A stretch of DNA of 64,000 nt from an uncultured Spirochaetota bacterium (GCA_963827275.1 CAWHAA010000008.1:288001-352000); one strand, 5' to 3'; shown: positions 8,558 through 19,498, counted from the stretch's first letter. Numbers and translations: made by a program. The notes: a model not told the origin generated them from the sequence alone.

Positions 8558-9997
8558 TTACACGGCAGGGCATTCCCTTCCCGCCAGGTACCGGTCGATC
8601 CCTTCAGCCGCCATCCTGCCGTCCTGTATCGCGTGCACGACCAGCGAGGCGCCGCGCGATGAGTCGCCGGCGGAGAACACGCCGTCAACGCTTGTCATGC
8701 GGTTGTCGTCGATCGCGATGTTGCCGCGGCCGTCGAGCGCGAGGCCGAGGTCCGCCACCAGCCCGGTGTGGACCGGGTGAACGAAGCCCATGGCGATGAG
8801 GACAAGCTCGGCGTCCAGGGTGAATTCTGACCCCGGGACCTCTTCCATGGATGGAGCGCCGTCCGCCCCCGTACTCCACTCGACCCTGCGCGCCGCTATC
8901 CCCGCGACACGGCCGTGGGACCCTGTAAATTTTTTCGTGGATATGTTCCACATCCTCGTGCACCCTTCCTCGTGGGAGCTCGAGGTCTTCATGAGCTTCG
9001 GCCAGAGCGGCCACGGCTCGCCCGCCGAGCGGGTGGGCGGCGGCTGCGGCAGGAGCTCAAGCTGGGTCACGCTCCGCGCGCCCTGGCGGTTCGCGGTGCC
9101 GACGCAGTCCGAGCCGGTATCGCCGCCGCCGATGACCACGACGTTTTTGTCAAGGGCGCGTATGATCCGGTCTTCCGGTATGGCGGCCCCTTTCACCATC
9201 ATGTTCTGCTGGATCAGGTAATCGAGGGCGAAATGTATGCCCGCAAGCTCCCTGCCTTCGATGGGCAGGTCCCGGGGCTCGCGCGCGCCGATCGCGACGC
9301 ACACCGCGTCGAAATTCATCCTGATTTCCGATGAAGAGATCTCCCTTCCCGCCATGATCCCGGTCTTTATAATGATTCCTTCCTCGGTAAGTATCCTGAC
9401 GCGCCGGTCGATGATCTGCTTGTTCAGCTTGAAGTCGGGTATGCCGTAGCGGAGGTACCCGCCCACGCCGTCGGCTGATTCGAAAACCGTCACGGTATGG
9501 CCCCTTTTATTCAGTAAATCGGCGCAGGCCAGGCCCGCGGGACCGCCGCCGATCACCGCGACCTTTTTTCCGGTCCGGCGCGCGGGCGGCTCCGGCTTCA
9601 CCAGTCCGAGCGCGAAGGCCTTCTCTATGACCGCGAGTTCGTTCTGTCGTATGGTGACGGCCTCGTCTCCTATGGAAAGCACGCACGACGCCTCGCACAG
9701 TGCGGGACATACCCTGCCGGTGAACTCGGGAAAGTTGTTTGTCTCCCGTAAAATGTCGTACGCGCCCTTCCAGTCGCCGCGGTAGACGCGGTCCTGCCAC
9801 TCGGGCATGATGTTCGACACCGGACAGGCCCAGTGGCAGAAGGGCACGCCGCATTCCATGCAGCGGGACGCCTGCAGGCGGCGCTCGTCCTCGGGGAGCT
9901 GTTTCTCCACCTCGCCGTAGTCGTCGATCCGCTCTTCAACGGGCCGGTACCCGGCCTCCTGGCGTTTTATTTTTTGAAAGCCCTTTGGATCACCCAT
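8558..9997 (-). CDS. gltD: Glutamate synthase small subunit
   Basis: MGDPKGF; CMECGVPFC...CP and GRVCPALCE Fe-S motifs; GGGPAGL; GGGDTGSDC; GASLVV. Confidence 0.97.
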   Translation of the reverse strand: MGDPKGFQKIKRQEAGYRPVEERIDDYGEVEKQLPEDERRLQASRCMECGVPFCHWACPVSNIMPEWQDRVYRGDWKGAYDILRETNNFPEFTGRVCPALCEASCVLSIGDEAVTIRQNELAVIEKAFALGLVKPEPPARRTGKKVAVIGGGPAGLACADLLNKRGHTVTVFESADGVGGYLRYGIPDFKLNKQIIDRRVRILTEEGIIIKTGIMAGREISSSEIRMNFDAVCVAIGAREPRDLPIEGRELAGIHFALDYLIQQNMMVKGAAIPEDRIIRALDKNVVVIGGGDTGSDCVGTANRQGARSVTQLELLPQPPPTRSAGEPWPLWPKLMKTSSSHEEGCTRMWNISTKKFTGSHGRVAGIAARRVEWSTGADGAPSMEEVPGSEFTLDAELVLIAMGFVHPVHTGLVADLGLALDGRGNIAIDDNRMTSVDGVFSAGDSSRGASLVVHAIQDGRMAAEGIDRYLAGRECPAV

Positions 9998-9998
9998 G

Positions 9999-12900
9999 TC
10001 AGTATGTCGCCCCCAGCTGTTCTTCTTCCCTGATCCGCGCGAGTTTTTCGTCGATCTGGGCGAGCCTCTGTTCGTCCATCGCCCGCTTGTATTCGAGCGG
10101 CAGCACCTTCACAAATTTCGTCAGATATTCGTGCCAGTTTGTCAGGATCTCTTTCGCGACCGTGCTCCCCGTGTATTTCAGGTGCTTCTCAAGGCACTCG
10201 ATGATGAATTCCTGGTCCTCGAACTCGCGGAGCGGCGACAGGTTCACCATCCCCCTGTTGCAGAAGTATTCGAAGGTCGCGTCGCGGTCCAGCACGTAGG
10301 CGATCCCGCCGCTCATGCCGGCCGCGAAGTTCCGGCCCACGCCCCCGAGCACGATGATGCGTCCGCCGGTCATGTATTCCGCGCAGTGGTCGCCGGTCCC
10401 TTCCACGACGGCAATCGCGCCGCTGTTCCGGACCGCGAAGCGCTCGCCCGCGATCCCGCGGATATAGGCCTCGCCCGACGTGGCGCCGTACAGGACCGTG
10501 TTGCCGATTATGATGTTCTCTTCAGGGGCGAATGTGCTCCCCGCGGGCGGCACTGCGATCAGCCTGCCGCCGGAGAGCCCCTTGCCGAAATAGTCGTTCG
10601 CGTCGCCCTCCAGCCGGAAGGTGATGCCCCGCGCCAGGAAGGCGCCGAAGCTCTGGCCCGCGCTTCCGCGGAAGGTGCACTGGATGGAATCCTCCGGCAG
10701 ACCCTCCTCGCCGAAGCGTTTTGAGACTTCGTAGGAGAGCATCGTACCCACGGCCCGGTCAGTGTTGCGTATCGGCATGCTGACCGTGACCGGCATGCGC
10801 CCGTAGGGGGCCATCGCCGGGCTCGACCGCTCGATGAGCGTGCGGTCCATGACATCGTCGATCCGGTGTACCTGCGCCTGCACGCAATGGGCCGGATTCA
10901 GTTTCGCCTCCGCAGGGACAAAGAGGAGGGCGGACGGGTCCACGGTCCCCGCCTTCCAGTGGTCGATGGCCCGCACCGCGAGGAGGTCCCTCCTTCCCAC
11001 CAGGTCGTCGAACGTGCGGATGCCGAGCTCCGCCATGATCTCCCGCACCTCCGCGACGAGGAAGCGGAAGAAGTTTACGAGATGTTCCGGCCTGCCGGTG
11101 AATTTCTTTCTCAGCTCCGGGTCCTGCGTGGCCACGCCGACCGGGCAGGTGTTCTGGTGGCACTTGCGCATCATCACGCAGCCGAGCACGATGAGCGTCG
11201 AGGTGCCGAACCCGAACTCCTCGGCGCCCAGGATGGCCGCGATCACGATGTCACGGCCGGTCTTGAGCTGGCCGTCGGTCTGGAGGCGCACCCTGCCGCG
11301 CAGGTCATTCATGACCAGGGTCTGGTGGGTCTCGGCCAGGCCGATCTCCCAGGGAAGGCCCGCGTGCCTTGATCGAACTGATGGGGCTCGCGCCCGTGCC
11401 GCCCTCGAAGCCGCTGATCAGGATGTTGTCGGCGTGGGCCTTGGCCACCCCGGCCGCGATAGTGCCCACGCCGGACTCGGACACCAGCTTCACGCTGATG
11501 CGGGCGCGTCGGATTGGCGTTTTTCAGGTCGAAGATAAGCTGCGCAAGGTCCTCTATCGAATAGATGTCATGATGGGGCGGCGGCGAGATGAGCGTCACG
11601 CCCGGCGTCGAATGCCTCGTGCGCGCGATGATCTTGTCCACCTTGTAGCCGGGAAGCTGGCCGCCCTCGCCGGGCTTCGCGCCCTGCGCTATCTTTATCT
11701 GGAGCTCGTCCGCGTTCGCGAGGTAGTTGCTGGTGACGCCGAACCGCCCCGACGCAATCTGCTTGATGGCGCTCCGCACCGAGGTGCCGTCCGGCCGTGG
11801 CAGGAAGCGCTCCGGGTCCTCGCCCCCTTCGCCGGAGTTGCTCCGCCCGCTCAGGGAGTTCATCGCCGCCGCGATTGCCTCGTGCGCTTCCTTCGATATC
11901 GACCCGAAGGACATGGCGCCGGTGGTGAGGCGCTTCAGTATGTTTTTCTCCGGCTCCACTTCGTCTAGGGGGACCGGGGTCTGCGGTTTGAAGTCAAACA
12001 GTCCCGCGGATGAAATGCGGCGTCCGGTTCTCCGCGTCCGCCAGGCGCGTGAATTCCTTGAACGTAGCGTAATCGCCCGTGCGCGTTGCCCACTGGAGCA
12101 GGTAGATCGATTCCGGGTTCCAGGCGTGGCGTTCGCCCTGCTTGCGGTACTGGTACTGCGCCCCGTGATTCGAGGAGCTCCGGCCGCCGGTTGAAGGCGA
12201 TGTCGTGCTGCAGCAGCGCCTCGCGCTCGACTTCGGCCGTGGCCGATGCCGCCGATGCGTGACTCGGTGCCGGTGAAGTAGGAATCGATGAGCTCCGGCG
12301 CCGAGGCCGACGGCCTCGAAGATCTGGGCGCCGCGGTAGCTCCGGAGGGTGGAGGTCCCCATCTTGGAGAGCACTTTTAGAAGTCCCTTGTTGAGCGCCT
12401 TTATGTAGTTGTCTTCGGCCTTCATGTAGCGGAGGTTGTTCAGCTCTCCGCGGGTCGCGAGGTCGTGGATGGTCGCGAAGGCGCCGTAGGGGTTGACGGC
12501 GCTCGCCCCGTAGCCGAAGAGGAGGGCGAAGTGCATCACCTCGCGCGCCTCGGCGGTCTCGATGATGAGGCCGATGCGGGTGCGCTTCTTGGTCGCGGAT
12601 CAGGTGGTGGTGGACCCCGGCGCAGGCAAGGAGGGACGGGATCGGGCGCGTTGTCCCGGTCGGCGCCCCGGTCGGAGAGTATGATGTACGCATACCCCTG
12701 GTCAATTTTTTCCTCAACAGCGGCGCAGAGGGCGTCGAGCGCGCGCTTCATGCTCCCCGGCGCGGTCTTTACCGGGAAGGTCATGGGGAGCGGTGACGGC
12801 CTTGAACTCCGGGATTGTCGTTCGCCCGCATGGTCTCGATGTTGCGGTTGGTAAATATCGGGCTCTTGAATTTGATCATGCGGCAGTGCTCGGGCGTTTC

Positions 12901-14551
12901 ATCCAGGAGGTTTTTCTGCTCGCCGATATAGCTGGTCAGCGTCATGACCAGCTCTTCGCGGATCGGGTCGATCGGCGGGTTGGTCACCTGCGCGAAGCAC
13001 TGCTTGAAATAATTGAACAGGCGCTGGGGCCTGTCCGAGAAGACGGCCAGCCGGGCGTATCGGTCCCCATGGAGCCGGTCGGCTCCTGCGCGGTTTCGGC
13101 CATCGGGGCGATGATGTCGTCGATGTCCTCCCGGGTGTACCCGTGCATCAGCTGCATCTCATGGAGCGCTTCTTCATCGAGCGCGACCGGGACATCGCCC
13201 GTTACGTCCAGGTCCTCCAGGTTTACCCGGTTCAGCTGCACCCAGAGGCGGTACGGCTTCCGGGTGTAGATCGGACCGCTTGATCTCGTCATCGGGTATG
13301 ATGCGCCCCTCCTCCATGTCGACCAGCAGCAGTTTGCCGGGCATGAGGCGCCCCTTGTAGACGATCTCGTCGGGCAGGAAAGGTCTGGACCCCCACTTCG
13401 GAGCCCATGACGATCAGGTCGTCGCGGGTGATCACATAGCGCGATGGCCGCAGGCCGTTCCGGTCCAGCGTGCCGCCCACGTACCGCCCGTCGCAGAAGA
13501 CCATGGAGGCGGGGCCGTCCCATGGCTCCATGAAGGTGGAGTGGTACTCGTAAAAGTACTTCAGCTCCTCCGGGATCGGGTTCTTTTCGTTCCACGATTC
13601 CGGGATGAGCATCATGAGGGCATGGGGCAGGGAGCGGCCGGCGAAGTAGAGCATCTCCAGCGCGTTGTCGAAGGAGGCGGAATCGCTTTTTCCCGGCTCG
13701 ATGACCGGCAGGATTTTCTTTATGTCGTCGCCGAACCGGGGAGACACGAAGGCGGATTCGCGCGCCGACATCCAGAACCGGTTTCCCTTGATGGTGTTGA
13801 TCTCGCCGTTATGGGCGATCAGCCTGAAGGGCTGCGCCAGGTCCCACGAGGGGAAGGTGTTGGTGCTGAAGCGGGAATGGACCAGGGCGACGGCGCTTTC
13901 GATGCGCTGGTCGAGCAGGTCCCGGTAATAGTGGCGCACCTGGTTGGGCATGAGCATGCCCTTGTACACGATGGTCCTGCCCGAAAGCGACGGGATATAG
14001 AAAAGGCCTTTCTGCGCCAGGGCGGAGTTCCTGATCCTGTTTTCGATCGTCTTGCGGATGACATACAGCTTCTGCTCCGGAACAACGGCGTCCCCGCCCG
14101 CCGCGATAAATACCTGTTTCATGGCCGGTTCGGAGGCCCGGGAAATTTTCCCCAGCACGGAATTGTCCACGGCGATCTCGCGCCATCCGAGGGTCTTCAT
14201 CCCTTCTTCGGCGATAACACGTTCGAGCTCTGAAACGCACTGCGCCGCCTCGCGCTCATCGCGGGGAAGGAACACGATGCCGGTGCCGTAGCGTCCCGGG
14301 TCGGGAAGGGAGGGCAGGTCGGCCCTGTAAAGCCCGTGCGGGATCTGCATCAGGATGCCCGCGCCGTCGCCGGTCTTGTTGTCGGCGCTTTCCGCGCCAC
14401 GGTGCTCCATCCGCTCCAGCACCTCGAGCCCGCGGCGGATGATATCGTTCGAAGGCGTCCCCTTTATATGTGCGACAAATCCGATGCCGCATGAATCGTG
14501 CTCATGGGCGATGTCGTAGAGTCCTTCCTGTTCCGGTCGCTGCTGCATCAT
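9999..14551 (-). CDS. gltB: Glutamate synthase large subunit, split by many frameshifts (roughly 11300-13400), probably assembly errors
   Basis: [69 protein letters not shown] and GXGXG domain, all present in order across frames. Confidence 0.95.
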
Positions 14552-14793
14552 CTCCTGCGGGCTCCTCGTGTCGTTATATCACCGTGATGGTTCCGGCCGT
14601 TTCTATGCAGGGTCATATGTAACCTGCCGATGATTCTAATCAATAATATATCATAATCTATATTACAAAAATGTAAAATTAATTATTTCTTACAAATTAT
14701 TAAGTGATTCTTAACAGGCGGGGATTATATTGACAATTGAAAGGCAGTGGTGTAATACCATATAACGTTTTCATGAGGCACGGGACACGAACT

Positions 14794-16062
14794 ATGATAA
14801 GTACCGGTCTGGCATATCTGGACAGGTTGACGGGCGGCCTGAAGCTCGGCGATAATGTCGTATGGGAGGCGGCGGACGGTGTGCCGGTCGAGAACTTCAT
14901 CAGGAGCTTTTTCGATGCGGCGCCTAAATTCAGCGGGACCGTAATCTACATCAATTTCAATTTTTCGCCGCACACCCTGCTCAGGCGCTATGACTGGCTG
15001 TTCAACAAGAAAAATTCCATCCTCGTGGACGCCTTCACCCACGGGAAGGGCAACAGCGACAATGTGTTCCTTGATTTCTACACGAGCGGGCAGCATGACC
15101 CGGAGCGCTTCATCTGCATAGAAAATCCGAGAAACATAACCTCCTTCGTGAGTATCCTGAATGAGATAGAGATGAAACACAAGGAGGGGTCGTTTTATAT
15201 TTTTGACGGCGTCACCGGGATGAACGAGCTGTGGAAAGACGAGACGGCGGTCCTCGATTTTTTTACCTTCACCTGCCCGAAGCTCTATGACCTGAACGCG
15301 CTCGCCTACTGGGTCCTCAGCCGCGAGGCGCATTCCCGCGAGTTTATCGCCGGCATCATGCATATCACACAGATCGTATTTTCAATAAACGCCACCGATT
15401 CCGAATATTACGAGCTGAAGGTCCACAAGCTGCAGGACCGGACGCCGCTCTACGGCTCGCAGCCCAGCTATTTCAGGATGATCGAGCAGAAGATCGTGTT
15501 TGATGACAAAAAGATCAACGAGCAGATAAGGATCGGCGAAAGGGTGAAGGGCCTGAGAAAATCGGCGCGCATGACCCAGGCGGAGCTTGCCGCGGCCCTC
15601 ACTATGACCCCGGGCGCCGTGTCGCAGATTGAAAACGACATCATCACGCCGTCGCTGCAGACCCTGCTTCAGCTCTCGTCGGTATTCGGCAGGCCCGTTG
15701 ATTACTTTATCGGGCTGTCCGACGCGGGCAAGGGGAGCAGGGGCTATACCGTCTCACGGAGGGGCGGGTATCTGCCTGTTCCGCACCGGGGCGCGGAGGT
15801 GCTCCGCATTCTTGAAAAGGAATACGGGGGATTTACGCCCTACCTGGTGACGCTGGGCGCCGGCAACACGGTGCCCGGACCGGTCCTTCTGCATAAGGGA
15901 AGGGAATTCATACTGGTGACCGGGGGGTCGCTCAGGCTCGAAGTCGATGACGAGACCATCGTTCTCGATGAGGAAGACGCCATGCTGATAACCGATTCGT
16001 TCGTGTCGAAATGGGAGAGCGCGGGCGATGCCGGTTGTACATTCATATACATGCTGCTGTAA
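14794..16062 (+). CDS. Regulator: degenerate KaiC/RecA-like N-terminal domain + XRE HTH + cupin
   Basis: ISTGLAYLDRLTGGLKLG (RecA/KaiC-like start), FYIFD Walker-B-like, no GxxxxGKT; XRE helix IGERVKGLRK..MTQAELA..TPGAVSQIEND..PSLQTL; cupin HKGREFILVTGGSL. Confidence 0.85.
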   Translation: MISTGLAYLDRLTGGLKLGDNVVWEAADGVPVENFIRSFFDAAPKFSGTVIYINFNFSPHTLLRRYDWLFNKKNSILVDAFTHGKGNSDNVFLDFYTSGQHDPERFICIENPRNITSFVSILNEIEMKHKEGSFYIFDGVTGMNELWKDETAVLDFFTFTCPKLYDLNALAYWVLSREAHSREFIAGIMHITQIVFSINATDSEYYELKVHKLQDRTPLYGSQPSYFRMIEQKIVFDDKKINEQIRIGERVKGLRKSARMTQAELAAALTMTPGAVSQIENDIITPSLQTLLQLSSVFGRPVDYFIGLSDAGKGSRGYTVSRRGGYLPVPHRGAEVLRILEKEYGGFTPYLVTLGAGNTVPGPVLLHKGREFILVTGGSLRLEVDDETIVLDEEDAMLITDSFVSKWESAGDAGCTFIYMLL

Positions 16063-16072
16063 GGGGTCCGGG

Positions 16073-18661
16073 ATGAAGACATTGATGAAGATAACCACCG
16101 GTCTGGCAAGCCTTGACGAGGTGTGCGACAGCCTCCGGCTGGGCGACAACGTGGTATGGCAGGTCGATTCGCTGTACGATTACGAGCAGTTCATCCTGCC
16201 CTTTGCCAGCAGCGCCCTCAAGGGCGGCCGGCGGGTGGTCTATATACGTTTCGCGATGCACGAGCCGCTGCTGGCCCCCCACCAGTACAGCGCCATGTAC
16301 GAGCTTGACGCGCAGCGCGGGTTTGAGCTGTTCACGACGGCCCTCCATGCCATCATCGGGAAGGAGGGCCTGGAGGTCTTCTACGTGTTCGATTGCCTCT
16401 CGGATCTGCAGAGCGCCTGGGCCACGGACCTGATGCTCGGCAATTTTTTCAGCATCACCTGCCCCTACCTGTACGAGCTGGATACCATCACCTATTTCGC
16501 GCTGTTGCGGAACAACCACTCTTTTAAAACGATTGCGCGGATACGGGACACCACGCAGCTGCTTATCGAGGTCTATCACACCGAAAACAACAGCTATATC
16601 CATCCGCTGAAGGTATTGAACCGCTACTCCCCGACAATGTTTTTTCCTCATCTGAAAAAGGGGGAGATGTTCACGCCGATCATAAACAGCATCGAGGCGA
16701 CGCAGCTGGTCCGGCACATACAGAAGCGGGGCCTTGAGAGCACCCTGCGGATACTTGATTACTGGGACCGGATCTTCCTGAAGGCCGAGGACCTGATGCA
16801 GATGTCTGACAGCACCGCCGAGAAGGAGGAGATGGTCCGCCAGCTCTGCAGGATGATCATGGGGCGCGATGAAAAGATCCTGACGCTCGCGCAGGAATTC
16901 TTGACCCTCGAGGACTTTCTCGAGATCAAGGACCACCTGATCGGCACCGGGTTTATCGGCGGCAAGTCGGTCGGGATGATCCTCGCGAGAAAGATACTGG
17001 CGAGCAGGAACAGGTCGAAGTGGGAACGGCTCCAGGAGGCGCATGATTCGTTCTATATCGGCTCGGACGTCTTCTATACCTACATCGTCCATAACGGCTG
17101 GTGGAAGCTCTTCATGGAGCACAAGACAGACGAGGGGTACCTGACCGCCGCCGCGCAGCTGCGCGAGCGCATACCGACAGGAAAATTCCCGGACGAGCTC
17201 AAGGACAAGTTCCGCCAGGTAATCGAGTATTACGGCCAGTCCCCCATCATCGTCCGCTCGAGCAGCCTCCTGGAGGACGCGTACGGCAACGCCTTCGCGG
17301 GCAAGTACGAGAGCCTCTTCCTGGTGAACCAGGGCCCGCCGGAGACCCGCTTCGCCGAATTCTCGAAGGCGGTCAAGCAGATCTTCGCCAGCGTGATGAG
17401 CGACGACGCGCTCGCGTACCGCGTCGACAAGGGCCTGCAGAAGCTCGACGAGCAGATGGGCCTGCTGGTCATGCGGGTGTCCGGTTCGTACCATGACAAC
17501 TGCTTCTTCCCGGACATGGCGGGCGTCGGCCTGTCGTACAACCACTATATATGGAACAGCTGCATGGAGCCCGGCGCGGGGATGCTCCGGCATGTCGTCG
17601 GGCTCGGAACGCGCGCGGTCAACCGCACCGAGGGCGACTATCCCAGGATCATCGCGCTGGACTGCCCGCTCATGAAGCCGGTTTCGGGAATCAGCGATGA
17701 GCGGAAATTTTCACAGCGGCATATCGACGTGCTCAATATCACGGACAACAAGCTGGAAACAATAGACGTCGCCGATTATTTCAGGAACAACCAGGTCGCC
17801 ATGTCGCTGATCGGGAAGCGGGACTCGGCCATGGAGCAGCAGCTGCGCGAGCGGGGACTGCCGGAGGGCGAATCATGGCTGGTCGATTTCGACGAATTCA
17901 TAAGCAAGACGCCGTTCGTGAAGGACATGCAGACGGTGCTCAAGATGCTCGAGGAGGTGTACAGGAACCCGGTTGACATAGAGTACACGGTGAATTTCAC
18001 CTCCGAGGGCAATTACCGCATCAACCTCCTCCAGTGCCGTCCGCAGCAGGCCAGGTGGCGCCAGGATACGGTCGTGATGCCGGAATCGGTCGAAGAAGAC
18101 AGACTGTTTTTCAGCTCAAGAGGCGGGTTCCTGGGAGGGAATATCGCGAGCGACATCAAGTGGATCATCGCCATCGACCCGGCCGCCTACAGCGACCTTC
18201 CCCAGGGGGACAAGTATAACGTCGCCCGCCTCATCGGGCAGATCAACAGGAAGATACAGAACAGGCGGGAAGCCCCCGTCATGCTGGTCGGCCCGGGACG
18301 CTGGGGGAGCACGACGCCGTCCCTCGGCGTGCCGGTGAAATACTTCGAGATCAATAACGCGTCGGTCATCGTCGAGATCGCCTTCATGCGCGACGACCTG
18401 ATCCCCGAAATCTCTTACGGGACGCATTTCTTCCAGGACCTGGTGGAGAACGATACCTACTACATCGCGATGACGCCCGGCAAGGAGGAGGCGCGCTTTA
18501 ATCCGGCCGTGCTTTCCCGGTACCGGAACATCGTGGGGGAGATCATCCCGGATGAGGGACGCTTCCATGATGTCATTGCCGTGTATGATGCTGATTATTC
18601 CGTGAGGCTCCTCGCCGATACCGCGAGCCAGAAGGTGCTGTGCTTCGTTCACCAGGACTGA
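16073..18661 (+). CDS. PEP-synthase/PPDK-like ATP-grasp protein with N-terminal degenerate KaiC-like domain and C-terminal putative His domain
   Basis: GGKS, IVRSSSLLED..FAGKYES, GLGTRAV, PVDIEY, LLQCRP (PPDK_N motifs); C-terminal GPGRWGS...SYGTHFFQDL; no PEP/pyruvate TIM barrel. Confidence 0.85.
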   Translation: MKTLMKITTGLASLDEVCDSLRLGDNVVWQVDSLYDYEQFILPFASSALKGGRRVVYIRFAMHEPLLAPHQYSAMYELDAQRGFELFTTALHAIIGKEGLEVFYVFDCLSDLQSAWATDLMLGNFFSITCPYLYELDTITYFALLRNNHSFKTIARIRDTTQLLIEVYHTENNSYIHPLKVLNRYSPTMFFPHLKKGEMFTPIINSIEATQLVRHIQKRGLESTLRILDYWDRIFLKAEDLMQMSDSTAEKEEMVRQLCRMIMGRDEKILTLAQEFLTLEDFLEIKDHLIGTGFIGGKSVGMILARKILASRNRSKWERLQEAHDSFYIGSDVFYTYIVHNGWWKLFMEHKTDEGYLTAAAQLRERIPTGKFPDELKDKFRQVIEYYGQSPIIVRSSSLLEDAYGNAFAGKYESLFLVNQGPPETRFAEFSKAVKQIFASVMSDDALAYRVDKGLQKLDEQMGLLVMRVSGSYHDNCFFPDMAGVGLSYNHYIWNSCMEPGAGMLRHVVGLGTRAVNRTEGDYPRIIALDCPLMKPVSGISDERKFSQRHIDVLNITDNKLETIDVADYFRNNQVAMSLIGKRDSAMEQQLRERGLPEGESWLVDFDEFISKTPFVKDMQTVLKMLEEVYRNPVDIEYTVNFTSEGNYRINLLQCRPQQARWRQDTVVMPESVEEDRLFFSSRGGFLGGNIASDIKWIIAIDPAAYSDLPQGDKYNVARLIGQINRKIQNRREAPVMLVGPGRWGSTTPSLGVPVKYFEINNASVIVEIAFMRDDLIPEISYGTHFFQDLVENDTYYIAMTPGKEEARFNPAVLSRYRNIVGEIIPDEGRFHDVIAVYDADYSVRLLADTASQKVLCFVHQD

Positions 18662-18745
18662 TCCGCCCCGGCAAACAGGGCGGGGCCTGAATGGAATTTC
18701 AAGAAGGATGGCCCGGTTTCAACCCGCCGCATGCAAGCAGCGTTA

Positions 18746-19498
18746 TTAACTCAATTCTTTTATCTTTTCACGCAACGCTCTTTGGAGCGCGTTATAAATA
18801 AACATCTGGATATGCTCCTTGACCGCGGGATGATTTTCGTATTTAAACATTATTATGCATATATTATTCTCATTTCTTGAAGAAATGGCCTTGCCTGAAA
18901 TTTTAAAGACCTTGCCGTCGAGGCGGATTTGAAGATCGTTAAAACAGGTGTCCGCTTTTATTTCTATATTTTCCTGGAAGGAGCATGCCATCGCGAATGT
19001 GCTTATGTCATGGATTATGCCGACATGGATCGCATCACCTATTTTTATGCTGAAAGAGGCCCTGTGCATCTCTTCGCATTTCGCCCTGATATATTTTCTT
19101 TTGCCCCTCGCGTTATGTTTCTCAAGCAGCTCGAGTATTGATTTCGAACAGAGTTCAATGCCGTTCTCGAGGGATACGCATACGCTGGACAGCGATTTGT
19201 ACGGATCAATCTTTTCTGTTTCCTTTGCAATTGCGCCGACCATCACATTCTGGATCGAGTTTATCTGGTCGATCTCTTTAATATATTCATCCCAATTGGA
19301 GTGCCTGAGCGGTTGGTCAACATTGACGAACAGCAGTGATTTGTTTAATTCGGTGAGTAATTTACGGGCTGCCGCATGGTCATTGATTAAAAATGCCTCA
19401 TATTCATTTGTTATAATGTCTTTGATAATCCTGGTCTCGGTTTCCTGGTGCGGGTATAGAAAAAAAATTCTCCTGGAATCGCTGTTCGGATTCAACAT
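18746..19498 (-). CDS. PilZ-domain protein (spirochaete type), AT-richer than neighbours
   Basis: RKYIR (RxxxR) and DISTFA (DxSxxG-like) in the C-terminal half. Confidence 0.7.
   Translation of the reverse strand: MLNPNSDSRRIFFLYPHQETETRIIKDIITNEYEAFLINDHAAARKLLTELNKSLLFVNVDQPLRHSNWDEYIKEIDQINSIQNVMVGAIAKETEKIDPYKSLSSVCVSLENGIELCSKSILELLEKHNARGKRKYIRAKCEEMHRASFSIKIGDAIHVGIIHDISTFAMACSFQENIEIKADTCFNDLQIRLDGKVFKISGKAISSRNENNICIIMFKYENHPAVKEHIQMFIYNALQRALREKIKELS

Noticed and set aside
9999..14551. gltB (and pckG, clpA, glgP, ttcA, NUDIX) as true pseudogenes or programmed frameshifts
   Set aside because: Motifs are intact, breaks are mostly isolated single-base insertions without slippery heptamers or stimulators, and they hit many unrelated genes. 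This pattern fits assembly error.
14794..16680. Circadian KaiC clock genes
   Set aside because: Single domains without Walker A, no kaiA or kaiB; only the fold-level resemblance holds.
16073..18661. Canonical PEP synthase (ppsA) or PPDK
   Set aside because: No TSHAA His motif and no C-terminal PEP/pyruvate barrel.
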